Below, piece after piece: positions 19,471 through 29,480 of a stretch of DNA of 53,334 nt. How positions within the stretch are numbered: position 1 is the stretch's first letter; each line of letters starts with the position of its first letter. The position numbers were made by a program, and so were the translations under genes. The stretch lies in assembly GCA_938091905.1 (NCBI GenBank), contig CALKOM010000035.1, positions 1 through 53,334 of the forward strand, read 5' to 3'. The notes under the pieces were generated by a model, which saw only the letters and a program-made list of their open reading frames with translations, was not told where the DNA came from and did not search any database. The stretch is from an uncultured Verrucomicrobiales bacterium. GTDB lineage: Bacteria > Verrucomicrobiota > Verrucomicrobiia > Verrucomicrobiales > DEV007.

Positions 19471-20205
19471 ATGACTCGCTATTGCTTGCTCGCTATCCTT
19501 CTTGTCTGCTCGAGCTCTGTTAGAGCGGAAGAGCCAACGCTTGCCTTCAAAGATCTCTTTAACGGCAAAGACTTGACGAACTGGGTCGACGTCAACACGT
19601 CGCCTGAGACGTGGTCTGTCAAAGATGGGCTTCTGGTGTGCAGTGGGTTACCCATTGGTGTCATGCGATCTGAAAAGCAATACGAGAACTTCATCCTCGT
19701 GATCGAGTGGCGACACATGGAAGCCGGTGGCAACTCAGGCGTCTTTCTTTGGAGCGATGCCAAGCCTGAAGGCAACCGTTTGCCCAAAGGCATGGAAGTG
19801 CAGATGCTTGAGCTTGAATGGCCGATCATCAACGCGAAGAAAGACGGAAAACCGCGTCACATGGGCTATGTCAGTGGCGAGCTCTTCGGGGCTGGTGGGA
19901 TGAAGGCCGTGCCCGAGAACCCCAGAGGCACTCGCAGCATGTCCTATGAAATGCGCTGCAAAGGCAAAGGCGAGTGGAACCGCTATGTCGTTGTTGCGGT
20001 GGACGGCACGGTGAAACTTTCGATCAATGGGAAGTTCGTTAACGGCATCCGCGAGGCGGACCTGCGCAAGGGGTATCTTTGTTTGGAATCCGAAGGGGCC
20101 GAGATTCACTTTCGTAAAGTTCAGATCATGGAGCTGCCTGCGGGACGGGCGGAGGACTTGGGGATGGTGCTAGAAGATTCTGAAACCGCGAATGGACGCG
20201 AATAA
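19471..20205 (+). CDS. DUF1080 (3-keto-disaccharide hydrolase-like) secreted protein
   Basis: Signal peptide; [33 protein letters not shown] and IHFRK. Confidence 0.9.
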   Translation: MTRYCLLAILLVCSSSVRAEEPTLAFKDLFNGKDLTNWVDVNTSPETWSVKDGLLVCSGLPIGVMRSEKQYENFILVIEWRHMEAGGNSGVFLWSDAKPEGNRLPKGMEVQMLELEWPIINAKKDGKPRHMGYVSGELFGAGGMKAVPENPRGTRSMSYEMRCKGKGEWNRYVVVAVDGTVKLSINGKFVNGIREADLRKGYLCLESEGAEIHFRKVQIMELPAGRAEDLGMVLEDSETANGRE

Positions 20206-20215
20206 ACACGAATGG
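20186..20215. repeat. Three copies of a 10-bp-period repeat (cRcgaat core)
   Basis: ccgcgaatgg acgcgaataa acacgaatgg overlaps the DUF1080 stop codon. Confidence 0.7.
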
Positions 20216-21143
20216 ATTGTGGAGACTTCGCCAATCGTTCTTGGAGCGTTTTCTTCTCTTCCTGCGTGATGGGGAGGGTGGCTAGGGCACGGTGTTCTCG
20301 GCCTAGTTCATCGAGCTGAATCAGGCTTTGTTTGAAAGCTTGCAGACGTTTCGTAGGATCGGACAGCTGGGCGTGCCATCGCAGTGCGGTGGCTGGGGCG
20401 ATCTCGCCGATGAGTCTATTGCTAAGCAATCGCTTTTCAGCCCCGGCGTTCCTGGGCGCCTATCGGTCGGGGAAGGAGGGGGTGCAGAGGGAGGAAGGGG
20501 CAAATCCCGTTCACTGGCTCGGGTTGACTGGGGATGATGGGCTCCTTCCAGCCTAAAATTGGCTCCGGCGCGCCAGAATTCCCGCTTTAGGGGTGAAATC
20601 GCCGACGTCTGGGCGCGGGTGTGTGTTCCGGACTCGAGCGCTGGTATGAGGCTGACTCAGTCGGAGGAGTAAGCCGGCCATTCGTCACGGGGGTCTGGAT
20701 CTTCTTTCTGGGCGTCTTCTTCTTGACTGTAATGTCGGTCCCTGACCTGTGATTCTCAAAACTGCCGATGACGACTGTCTTGCCTATGGGAGCCTTGACG
20801 GTCGCGCGATGTTGGGTCGCTACGAAGACCATGTCGACCGTTGGATTCTCCTCCGGTCCTTTGCGCTGCCCTGCTTGAGAGATGGTCTACCAGAACCCTA
20901 CGATAGGGTTGAAGGGACAACATTCGTTGGCTGATGGTGAGTGTGTTGGCGTGCGTTAGCAGCGCTTCTTGGGCGCAAGCCGCAAGGGTCGGGCGAGCTG
21001 CTCATAGGTCTCACCATTTTTCTCTTTAGCGGCGAGTTACTCTTTGTGGTTTGTCGGCAAATAGTTTGGGACGGTCTGCGCGTCCGCGCTGGTGTGAGCC
21101 AACCCGATGAGGATCATCCATCCAAGGATCCATTCCTTGACGC

Positions 21144-21506
21144 TCACTTCAACAACGGGTCGTAGAGTTCTTCTGTGAATCCCACGTAAATCGTCTTGCC
21201 GACCCAGATGGTGGGGGCTCGGAGGTTGCCAGAGGGGCCGATGATGGCTTTGCGGAGGTCGTCGTCTGTGGCCTCGCCTTGAAGCTTGCCGCCTTTGAGT
21301 CTGAAGGAGACGAGCTTCTTGCCTTTGGCGGCATGAATGGCCGTGGCTGCATTGGCAAGTTTGAGGCCTTCTTTTGCGACGATGGTTTCCTTCTTGGCGT
21401 CGGTGATGGCTTTTACTTCTAGCTGGTGTTCCTCCATCCAGGAGGACGCTCGTTTGCAAGAAGTTCAGCCGCCGCGGTGGTAGTAACGTGTGATGGATTT
21501 GGCCAT
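21144..21506 (-). CDS. ArsC-like (seleno)protein with UxxC motif
   Basis: ATG at 21506 reads MAKSITRYYHRGG-TGA(21467-21465)-TSCKRASSW, in frame with the listed ORF 21144..21437. The C-terminal GPSGNLRAPT..VGF is ArsC/Spx-like. Confidence 0.88.
21430..21446 (-). promoter_or_regulatory. Candidate bacterial SECIS hairpin
   Basis: mRNA sense UCCUCC-UGGAU-GGAGGA is a perfect 6-bp stem starting 18 nt after the UGA, with G at the second loop position. Confidence 0.6.
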
Positions 21507-21566
21507 GATGGAATCAGTGTAGGTTCGGTTGCCAGTGGTTCAAATGTTTCGGGTATTGGGTTTGGG

Positions 21567-21693
21567 CTCACGCAGAGACGCGGAGGGTTGGTTGTGTGTG
21601 GGGTTCGCACCGAGGCAACGAGGTTTGGTTGTGTGTGGGTAGTAGGAACGGCCAGGGATGACCGTCCTACGAAGTGGTTGTGCTTTGTTTGGG
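21567..21693. repeat. Composite intergenic repeat cluster
   Basis: Contains ctcacgcagagacgc (21567-21581), gaggKttggttgtgtgtggg twice (21583-21602 and 21620-21639), a GTAGG..ACGG...CCGT-CCTAC palindrome (21642-21670) and a degenerate third GT-rich copy. Confidence 0.7.
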
Positions 21694-21712
21694 TTTGGAC
21701 GTTGGTGATGAC

Positions 21713-22492
21713 ATGGTTCAGCCTTCTGCTCTTGCTGTGGTGGCGCATCCGGATGACATCGAGTTCATGGCGGCGGGGACGCTATTGCTACTGAAAGAGT
21801 CTGGGTATGGAATTCATTACATGACGGTGGCGAGTGGGAATTGTGGGAGTATGACGATGGATGCGGCGACGACGCGTGAGGTGCGGCGGAAGGAGAGCCA
21901 GGAGGCGGCGGCGTATCTGGGGGCGACTTGGCATGCGCCGCTTTGTGATGATTTGGAGATTGTTTATAGTGTGGAGTTGGTGAGGCGATTGGCAGCGGTG
22001 ATTCGGTTGGTGAATCCTGCGATTGTGCTGACGCATTCGCCTCAGGATTACATGGAGGATCACATGGCAACCTCGCGGCTTGCGGTGACGGCGGCGTTTG
22101 CCAAGCACATGCCTAACTTTGACACATCGCCCCCACAGGCGTCTGCGCCAGGTGACGTTTCGATTTATCACGGGATGCCGCATGGGCTTTGTGATCAATT
22201 ACGTCAGCCGGTCGTTCCTGAAATGTTTGTGGAAACGACGAATGTCCATGCGGCGAAGCGAGAGGCGTTGGCACTGCATGCGAGTCAGAAGGCATGGCTC
22301 GACCAAAGTCAGGGCATGGATTCATACCTGGTGGCTTTGGATGAGATGTCGGCGCAGGTGGGTAAGTTGCATGGGACGTTTGCACATGCCGAGGGGTGGC
22401 GTCGGCATTTACATCTTGGGTTCAGTACGGAAGATGCCGATCCTTTGGCCAAGGCGCTTGGTCAGCGTTGCCAAAGGGGGATTGACCAATGA
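21713..22492 (+). CDS. PIG-L / LmbE family N-deacetylase
   Basis: AHPDDIE, RRKE, THSPQDYMEDH and HASQ; likely start ATG at 21713. Confidence 0.9.
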   Translation: MVQPSALAVVAHPDDIEFMAAGTLLLLKESGYGIHYMTVASGNCGSMTMDAATTREVRRKESQEAAAYLGATWHAPLCDDLEIVYSVELVRRLAAVIRLVNPAIVLTHSPQDYMEDHMATSRLAVTAAFAKHMPNFDTSPPQASAPGDVSIYHGMPHGLCDQLRQPVVPEMFVETTNVHAAKREALALHASQKAWLDQSQGMDSYLVALDEMSAQVGKLHGTFAHAEGWRRHLHLGFSTEDADPLAKALGQRCQRGIDQ

Positions 22493-22516
22493 CTCGAGAT
22501 AGCTGCAGGCTGAGGC

Positions 22517-23443
22517 ATGGCTAGAAAGCTCAGTACGATTGCGCCGGATTGGTGGGATTACACGACCCTGGACGATGAGATCATTCGCGATGCGGCGGCG
22601 TTGGCGCTTGAGGATCTGGCGCAGCTTTCGCGGCCGGGGTTTCGCGTGGTTTTGTATGACACGCTGGAGGATTTTTATCTTGCGGAAGCGCTAGAGTACA
22701 TCGAGGCGTGGAGACAAGCGACGGCGGATAATCCGGTGGGGATTTGTGGTCCGATTGGACCGACAGAACAGCTGCCACTGGTGGCGCGCTTGGCGAATGC
22801 GCTGGAGTTGGATCTTTCCAATGCGCATTTCTGGGGCATGGACGAGTGGCTTGGGGACGACGGTGAGGCGGTGCCAACCTCGCATCCGCTTTCCTTTGAG
22901 CGGGCGGACCGTGAGTTGTGTTTTGACAAAATCACCAACGGCTTGCCCGAGGCGAATCTTCATTTCCCGACGGCTGATACAGGCGTCTACCAGAAGTCGT
23001 GGGATGGAGTGCGTTGTGCCGTGATGCAGGGAGGGCAAGGGGATATCAAGCACTGGGCTTTCAACGATCCTCCACGTAGAGAGGGTGCCTACGCGGAGTC
23101 GCCGCCAAGTCCTGCCGAGTATCGGAAGTTGTCGACGCGTGTGGTGGAGTTGCATCCGATCACGTTGGCGCAGAATGCGCGGACATCGGGTGGAGGAAAT
23201 ATTACGCTGGTACCGCAGAAGGCGGTGACCGTAGGGCCGGTGGAAACTTGGCAGGCGGAGAAGGTGTCCATCTGGCAGGCGGGCACGCATGACAATCCGT
23301 TTGGGCAGCGGCTGACGGCGTTCATGATCTCGAAGGGCTTGGCGGATGCGGCAGTACCGATGTCGCTCTTGGCGGATCATCCGAATGTGCAGTTCAACTA
23401 CTTCCGTGGTGGGGTGGGGAGTTGTTCGGTGGAGATGCATTAG
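22517..23443 (+). CDS. Glucosamine-6-phosphate isomerase/deaminase-like (NagB-fold) protein
   Basis: FWGMDEW, HPLSF and HWAFNDP are divergent versions of the NagB DEY, HPxS and HxxFNEP motifs. Confidence 0.7.
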   Translation: MARKLSTIAPDWWDYTTLDDEIIRDAAALALEDLAQLSRPGFRVVLYDTLEDFYLAEALEYIEAWRQATADNPVGICGPIGPTEQLPLVARLANALELDLSNAHFWGMDEWLGDDGEAVPTSHPLSFERADRELCFDKITNGLPEANLHFPTADTGVYQKSWDGVRCAVMQGGQGDIKHWAFNDPPRREGAYAESPPSPAEYRKLSTRVVELHPITLAQNARTSGGGNITLVPQKAVTVGPVETWQAEKVSIWQAGTHDNPFGQRLTAFMISKGLADAAVPMSLLADHPNVQFNYFRGGVGSCSVEMH

Positions 23444-23479
23444 CTCGCAATGGGTGGGGAGAGTCGTGTAGATTGGGGC

Positions 23480-26400
23480 ATGCGTGTTGTCTTGCTTCTG
23501 CTTCTCACACTTTCCGTAGTCACAGCTGAATTTCGGGCGGGTGCGAGTGCGGTCGATATTTCGCCACCGAAGCTTCCCGTCATTCAGAATGGTGGATTCA
23601 TAGAAAGCACGCTGAGTATCGTGCTGGATACGTTGCACGCGCGGGCGATTGTGTTGGATGATGGGAATAGCATGATTGCTATAGTGGTAGTGGATAGCTG
23701 CATGATGCCGCGAGAGTTGATCGACAAGGCGAAGGATCTGGCGGTGGCTGAAACGGGCATTCGCAAAGATCGCATCTTGGTGTCCGCGACGCATACACAC
23801 TCGGCTCCGAGTGTGATGAATCATACGCTGGGGGCGCGTGGGGATCCTCACTACATAGCGTTTCTGCCAGGGAAGATTGCGGAAGCGATTCGGCTGGCGA
23901 AGGCGAATCTCCAGCCGGCGCAGGTCGGTTCGGCCAAGATTGATGCGAGTGACCTCACGGCGAATCGTCGTTGGATCATGCACCCTGACAAGTTGTCGAA
24001 AGATCCGTTTGGCGCGCTGACGGTCAGGGCGAACATGCATCCGGGTCACAACAATCCGAATGCGATGGGGCCTTCCGGGCCGATCGATCCCTGGCTGTCG
24101 ATGCTCAGTATCCAAACGCGGGAGGGCAAGCCCCTGGCTCTTCTGGCCAACTTTTCGATGCATTATTTCAGTGGGCACGCAGGTGTGTCGTCAGATTACT
24201 TTGGCAGGTTTGCTAAGGAGATGGGGAAACGACTTGCCCCTGATGATTCGACCTTTGTAGCGGCTCTTTCGCAGGGCACAAGTGGGGATCTCTTCTGGGC
24301 GGATTACAGCCGTGACAAGCGTCGGGCGTGGAATCTTGAGGAATACACCAATCGACTGGCGGACAAGGCAATGACAGCGGTGGAGACGATAAGCCATCGA
24401 TCAGACCTACCGCTGAGGATGGCGGAGAAGCGGATAGAACTCGCACATCGGCAGCCGAGTGAGGAGCGTTTGCAATGGGCACAGAAACTTGTCGATGAAA
24501 TGGGTGATCGTGTGGTGGCAAAGAATCGGCCGGAGGTGTATGCGCAACAAGCGTTCTACCTCAAAGAGAACCCTTCTCGTGAAGTCGTGCTCCAATCGAT
24601 TGGCATTGGCGACCTGACGATCAATGCCCTGCCAAACGAAGTCTATGCCATCACGGGTCTGAAACTGAAGGCAGGCCAAGGTGAGCGGACAGTCTTCAAT
24701 GTATCTTTGGCGAATGGGGCTTCTGGCTACATCCCTCCGAAAGAACAGCATGCGTTGGGAGGTTACACCACGTGGCCGGCCCGCACGGCGGGACTTGAAG
24801 TGGGGGCTGAGAGGAGGATTGTGGAAGAGCTAGGCTTGCTTGCGCAACGTCCGCTTGATATGGTTGAACCTCCATCGATGTACTCGAAAGCGATTGGCGC
24901 TTCTCCGTCCCTCATCGATCAGTGGCGGATGGGTGAACTCGACTTAGGGGATGGCTTCTCATCCGGTGTGGCTCCTGGGGTGCCGGGCGTTTCCTCGTCA
25001 GCTTTTGGATCTGACTATCACAATCGGTGTGTCCACTTTGCGGGCGGCAAATTTACGCACACTCGGGAGTCTCCCACGGGAGACTATTCGCTGTCCTTGT
25101 GGTTTTGGAATGCGCTGCCTCTGGATGTGCGCGAGACTACGGGAATTCTCTTTGCCAGTGGCGGTGATCAAGTTTCGATTAGTCGGCAAGGTAAGCTGGT
25201 CGCTGGGTCACTTGATGGAGAGTCCGTGATCGATTCAAAGCGTTGGTATCATCTAGCGTTCGTGCGAAAAGGCGATGCGGTTAAAGTCTTCTTGAATGGC
25301 AGGCTGGAGATTGAAGGAGCGGGGCCCGCGCGGCAGGGTGGTCCTCTCTATTTCGCAGGCGACCGCGAGAATACGGCGAATTTCGAGGGAAAGATGGATG
25401 AGGTCGCTCTCTTTGATCGGGCCCTGACGGAAGCCAAAGTTTCTGAGCAGGTGCGGGTGGCGCAACTTCCCGAGTCGCCACCGCTTTCGCCCAAGCAGTC
25501 GATGAAGTCGATTCATGTAAGGGATGGCTTTGAGTTGGAGCTAGTTGCTGCTGAGCCGTTTGTTAGGGATCCTGTGGCCATCGATTGGGATGCGGACGGG
25601 AAGCTTTGGGTGTCGGAGATGGCGGACTATCCCTACGGCATCGATGGCAAGGGCAAAGCCGGTGGCCGCGTGCGCTGGTTGGAGGATGCGGATGCCAATG
25701 GAGTGTTTGAGAAATCTGTCTTGTTTCTAGATGGGCTTTCGTTTCCGACGAGCGTGATGCCTTGGCGTGATGGCGTGCTGATCACGGCGGCGCCTGACAT
25801 TCTCTTTGCGCGGGATACGGATGGCGATGGTCGCGCCGATGAGCAGGAGGTGTTGTTCACGGGATTCATCGAAGGGAACCAGCAACTGCGCGTGAACTCG
25901 CTGCGTTGGGGATTGGATGGGTGGATCTACGCGGCGAGTGGGGGGCACCATGCGGGCTTTGGGGTGAAGACGGAGATTACGAGCACGAAGACGGGCAAGA
26001 AGACTGCCCTTGGCAGTCGTGATTTTAAGTTTCGACCTGATAGCGGGGAGCTGGAAGCGCTTTCAGGTCCCTCACAGTATGGTCGTGTGCGCGATGACTG
26101 GGGGAACTGGTTTGGAGTGCAGAATTCGTATCCGCTCTGGCATTATGTCCTTCCGGATCACTATCTGAGGCGCAATGCTTTCCACCCGGCTCGGGATCCG
26201 CGTCGGCAATTGCGTGGGCAAGCGCCTCGGGTGTTTCCTAACAAGCCTCCTCAGAAACGTTTTCATGGGTTTGATCACGCCGGGCGTTACACCTCGGCTT
26301 GTGGGATTTCTATTTATCGGGATGTCTTGTTGTTTCCGTCTAGTCCGGAAAGGATGCATGCGTTTACTTGTGAGCCGTTTCACAATGTGGTGCAGCACCA

Positions 26401-28174
26401 TGTGTTAGATCGGGATGGCGTGACCTTCACAGCAGCGCGCGGCGATGATGGTGAGAAGGATTTCTTTGCTTCGGCGGATCGCTGGTGTCGGCCGGTAAGT
26501 ACGCGTACGGGGCCGGATGGGGCGCTTTATGTAGTCGACATGTATCGTTACATGATCGAGCACCCGGATTGGTTGCCTCAAGAAGGGCAAAATGAGCTTC
26601 GACCGTTTTATCGGCATGGAGAGGATCGCGGTAGGATCTATCGGATCATAGCGAAAGAAAGAGAAACCTTTGCTCGGATAGATTTCGATGATTTGGTTCG
26701 GGACATGGGAAGCTCGAATGGGCATGTTCGGGACACGGCACATCGATTGCTGATGGAGCGTGGTGATCGGAAGGCGGCGGAGGAGGTCGTCAAGACTCAG
26801 TGGATTCCTATGGCGAGGTTTCAGGCTTACAGCGCGTTGCAATCGTTGCCGGGAACGTTTCCTTGGCTAAGTGCTGCGGTGGATGACGATCCTAACGTGC
26901 GTCGACTTGCCGCACACGCTCCTGAGATGCTTGAGCGACTTTGTGAAGATGATGATGTGCGTGTGCGTTTGCAAGTGGCGCTGACGGCGGGCTCTGTTCC
27001 TGGTGAGGAGGCGGCGGCGGCTCTCATCAGTGTGGCGAAGCAAGATGGCAGTGATCCATTTGTCCATGCGGCGGTGATGAGTTCAGCAGACCTGCACTTC
27101 GACGCTTTGGTGGCCGCGTTGATCGATGATGAGTGCTTTGCGAAGGGGTTAGCTGTCATGGCCGCGCGGCGAGGCGGTGAGGGTTCCGAAGCGATGATAG
27201 AGACGTTCGTTTCTGATTCAGCTTCCAGCATGGAATTGTGCGCGGCGTGGTTGGACCATCTTGAGGAGCCCATTGTGGACCCTCGGTTGGAGGAGCTGTT
27301 TGGCAGGGCGCGCACGTTGGTCCAAGACACGACGACGGATGAAGCCCATCGGGTGGCGGCGATAGGGCTTTTGGCGCGTGGAGAAGGAGATGATGCGCCT
27401 GTGTTAGCGGCTTTGCTTAGCCCAATACATCCGCTCGCGTTGCAATTAGCGGCAACGGCTCGGTTGCGTACGCTGGGAGATGGAGCTTCGTTTGGGTATT
27501 TGCGAGAAGCGTTGTCGGCGAGTGAGCCGACGACGAGAGAGGCGATTCTGGCAGCGTTGCTTTCGCGGAAAGACTGGTGTGCTCGCCTGCTTGATGCGGT
27601 TGAGGAGGTGCCTGCATACGGTCGTCTGTTAGATGCGTCGCGTCGGCAACAGTTGAGTGGTCATCCAGACAAAGCTGTTTCTCAGCGCGCCAAGACGTTG
27701 TTTGCACAGTCGACGAGTAGTCGCTTGGACGTGGTGGCGGCGCTTCGTCCGGCACTGGCGTTGGATGGGGATACGGCGTCTGGGAAGGTGATCTTTGAAG
27801 CGCGCTGTGCTCTGTGTCATCAGGTTGGGGACGTGGGCAAGGCGATTGGGCCGGACTTGCGTTCGATCACGGACAAGTCGGCTGCTGGTTTGTTAGCGGC
27901 GATTGTCGATCCGAGTCGGAATGTGGAACCTAAGTATTTAAGCTATTTGCTAGAGTTAGAGGGTGGAGAGACGTTGTATGGACTGATCCGAGCGGAGACG
28001 GGAAATAGTCTGATTGTCGTGCAGCTGGATGGGAATGAGCGCACGATTCTTCGGTCAGCGGTGAAGACGCTTAAGAGTACGGACCGGTCGCTTATGCCTG
28101 ATGGCTTGGAAGCGGATCTTGGGGTGCAGGAGATGGTGGATCTGATTGAGTATGTGCAGTCGTTGAGGGAATGA
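23480..28174 (+). CDS. Secreted neutral-ceramidase-like plus LamG plus PVC-type heme-binding CxxCH protein
   Basis: Signal peptide MRVVLLLL; SATHTHSAP, NFSMHY, GTSGD and LANGASGYIP; LamG WYHLAFV...GKMDEVALFDRALT; AAEPFVRDPVAIDW; GPDGALYVVDMYR; CALCH...GPDL...SLMPDGLE. Confidence 0.88.
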   Translation: MRVVLLLLLTLSVVTAEFRAGASAVDISPPKLPVIQNGGFIESTLSIVLDTLHARAIVLDDGNSMIAIVVVDSCMMPRELIDKAKDLAVAETGIRKDRILVSATHTHSAPSVMNHTLGARGDPHYIAFLPGKIAEAIRLAKANLQPAQVGSAKIDASDLTANRRWIMHPDKLSKDPFGALTVRANMHPGHNNPNAMGPSGPIDPWLSMLSIQTREGKPLALLANFSMHYFSGHAGVSSDYFGRFAKEMGKRLAPDDSTFVAALSQGTSGDLFWADYSRDKRRAWNLEEYTNRLADKAMTAVETISHRSDLPLRMAEKRIELAHRQPSEERLQWAQKLVDEMGDRVVAKNRPEVYAQQAFYLKENPSREVVLQSIGIGDLTINALPNEVYAITGLKLKAGQGERTVFNVSLANGASGYIPPKEQHALGGYTTWPARTAGLEVGAERRIVEELGLLAQRPLDMVEPPSMYSKAIGASPSLIDQWRMGELDLGDGFSSGVAPGVPGVSSSAFGSDYHNRCVHFAGGKFTHTRESPTGDYSLSLWFWNALPLDVRETTGILFASGGDQVSISRQGKLVAGSLDGESVIDSKRWYHLAFVRKGDAVKVFLNGRLEIEGAGPARQGGPLYFAGDRENTANFEGKMDEVALFDRALTEAKVSEQVRVAQLPESPPLSPKQSMKSIHVRDGFELELVAAEPFVRDPVAIDWDADGKLWVSEMADYPYGIDGKGKAGGRVRWLEDADANGVFEKSVLFLDGLSFPTSVMPWRDGVLITAAPDILFARDTDGDGRADEQEVLFTGFIEGNQQLRVNSLRWGLDGWIYAASGGHHAGFGVKTEITSTKTGKKTALGSRDFKFRPDSGELEALSGPSQYGRVRDDWGNWFGVQNSYPLWHYVLPDHYLRRNAFHPARDPRRQLRGQAPRVFPNKPPQKRFHGFDHAGRYTSACGISIYRDVLLFPSSPERMHAFTCEPFHNVVQHHVLDRDGVTFTAARGDDGEKDFFASADRWCRPVSTRTGPDGALYVVDMYRYMIEHPDWLPQEGQNELRPFYRHGEDRGRIYRIIAKERETFARIDFDDLVRDMGSSNGHVRDTAHRLLMERGDRKAAEEVVKTQWIPMARFQAYSALQSLPGTFPWLSAAVDDDPNVRRLAAHAPEMLERLCEDDDVRVRLQVALTAGSVPGEEAAAALISVAKQDGSDPFVHAAVMSSADLHFDALVAALIDDECFAKGLAVMAARRGGEGSEAMIETFVSDSASSMELCAAWLDHLEEPIVDPRLEELFGRARTLVQDTTTDEAHRVAAIGLLARGEGDDAPVLAALLSPIHPLALQLAATARLRTLGDGASFGYLREALSASEPTTREAILAALLSRKDWCARLLDAVEEVPAYGRLLDASRRQQLSGHPDKAVSQRAKTLFAQSTSSRLDVVAALRPALALDGDTASGKVIFEARCALCHQVGDVGKAIGPDLRSITDKSAAGLLAAIVDPSRNVEPKYLSYLLELEGGETLYGLIRAETGNSLIVVQLDGNERTILRSAVKTLKSTDRSLMPDGLEADLGVQEMVDLIEYVQSLRE

Positions 28175-28194
28175 GGTGTGCTTGTGAGAATTGG

Positions 28195-28209
28195 CTCACG
28201 CGGAGTCGC
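28195..28209 (+). repeat. Dispersed repeat copy ctcacgcggagtcgc
   Basis: 13/15 identical to the copies at 21567 and 32518, same orientation, 20 bp after a stop codon. Confidence 0.6.
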
Positions 28210-28506
28210 AGAAGTTTCTTTGTTAAAAAGGTGATCTTGTGGGCTGTGGACGACGTTTCTGTGCGAGCTTGCTGAGGCTGGCGTCTCTTTCTGATTGGAA
28301 TGTGTCTCCAACAAGGCCTGCCATGTATAAAAACGGTATGAGACGATAATTGATTACACGTTTGTTTCAAAAATAGGGTGCCTTCTAATACTAAGATTTC
28401 TGCGAATCCGAACTTGTAGTGAGGCCGCCTCGAAAGCTGCTGGCTCAGCGGAATCGGATCTTTCAGTTACCCACCGTATTGAACCTGAAAACAGACCCCA
28501 TCCCCT

Positions 28507-29417
28507 ATGCGTATCCCTCTCCCGCTGGCAGTCGCTCTGTGCCTCCCACAATACGCTTTTGCCGTTGTCCTCGCTGGAAGTAACGGAGGAAATAACCTCC
28601 TCAATGCGATCGGTTGGCAGACGTTCGACAACGCTGGTGCCAACAACAGTTCGGGTATTAATGATTCGACTCCGGATAGCAATTCAACCTTCGATGCGAC
28701 TACAAGCTCGCACTACCTCAGCGGCGGCATCGGGGCCGTTCTGCCTCTTCTCTAGGCCGTCAAGGATTCGGGCAAACGACTACGAATACCTTCCTCCAGG
28801 GAGCTGACTTTGGCAACGGACTTAGCATCGTCGATGTCCCTGACTCGAACGTGGATGGGCTCAGCGGCACGCCAGGCACCCGGCAGAATATGCAGGGTGC
28901 CACCAGCAGTGCCTGGAAATTCCAGACGAACGGGAACCAGGAGTTTGGAGATGTCTCTGTCACCAATGTGAGTGTTTTCACCTTCCGGCTGCAGACTGTC
29001 CACTACGACGCGAGGCGAGGGGCAACAAACTCCCCAATGAATCTCGACCTGATTTATCTAGCGACCGGGAGCAATCTCGTGCTGAGCGATAATGGTGTTG
29101 AGATCGCCGACAATGCGATCATCGAAGCGATTAGTTTTGGATCCCCTGGAGCTCAGAACCGCTCCGTGGGCCTCGCAGCCCGGTTCGGGACGTCCGTCCG
29201 ACTCGCTCCTGGCGATTCAGCGATCTTCCGCTTTCGCTGGACGAGCTCTAACACTGATTTTGCACAGTCACAGATCGATAACCTTGCCTTCTCTGGCACG
29301 TTTCAAGATCAAAACAATGGGTTTGCGCTGATCGACCCTGCGGCGGTGCCCGAGCCGGGCGTCATCATTCTTTTGGCGCTGGCTGGAGGTTGTGGCGTGC
29401 TCCGGCGCAAGCGCTAG
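28507..29417 (+). pseudogene. PEP-CTERM protein, frameshifted near 28731-28741
   Basis: The signal peptide and IGWQTFDN... lie in one frame; after ...SGGIG the homologous reading continues in another frame (SASSLGRQGFGQ...) to VPEPGVIILLALAGGCGVLRRKR*. This could be a true lesion or an assembly error. Confidence 0.8.
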
Positions 29418-29480
29418 CCAGCTGTGCTATTGTCACTGGTTCTCTAATCAGTTTTCCGTTGAGTCTATTCCCTCGTTTCA

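Noticed and set aside
18384..19523. 379-aa ORF as a genuine kinase-sigma fusion protein
   Set aside because: It is better explained as a frameshifted mosaic of a kinase tail and an ECF remnant.
20210..21140. Possible decayed secreted-protein gene on the minus strand (WILGWMILIGLAHTSADAQ...*)
   Set aside because: There is an early stop and only short fragments with no recognisable family, too weak to call.
21583..21693. CRISPR array
   Set aside because: There are only two good 20-bp repeats with a 17-nt spacer, the sequence is low complexity, and no cas genes are present.
22691..24178. 495-aa minus-strand ORF
   Set aside because: It is an antisense shadow of two well-supported plus-strand genes and is Arg/His-rich with no motifs.
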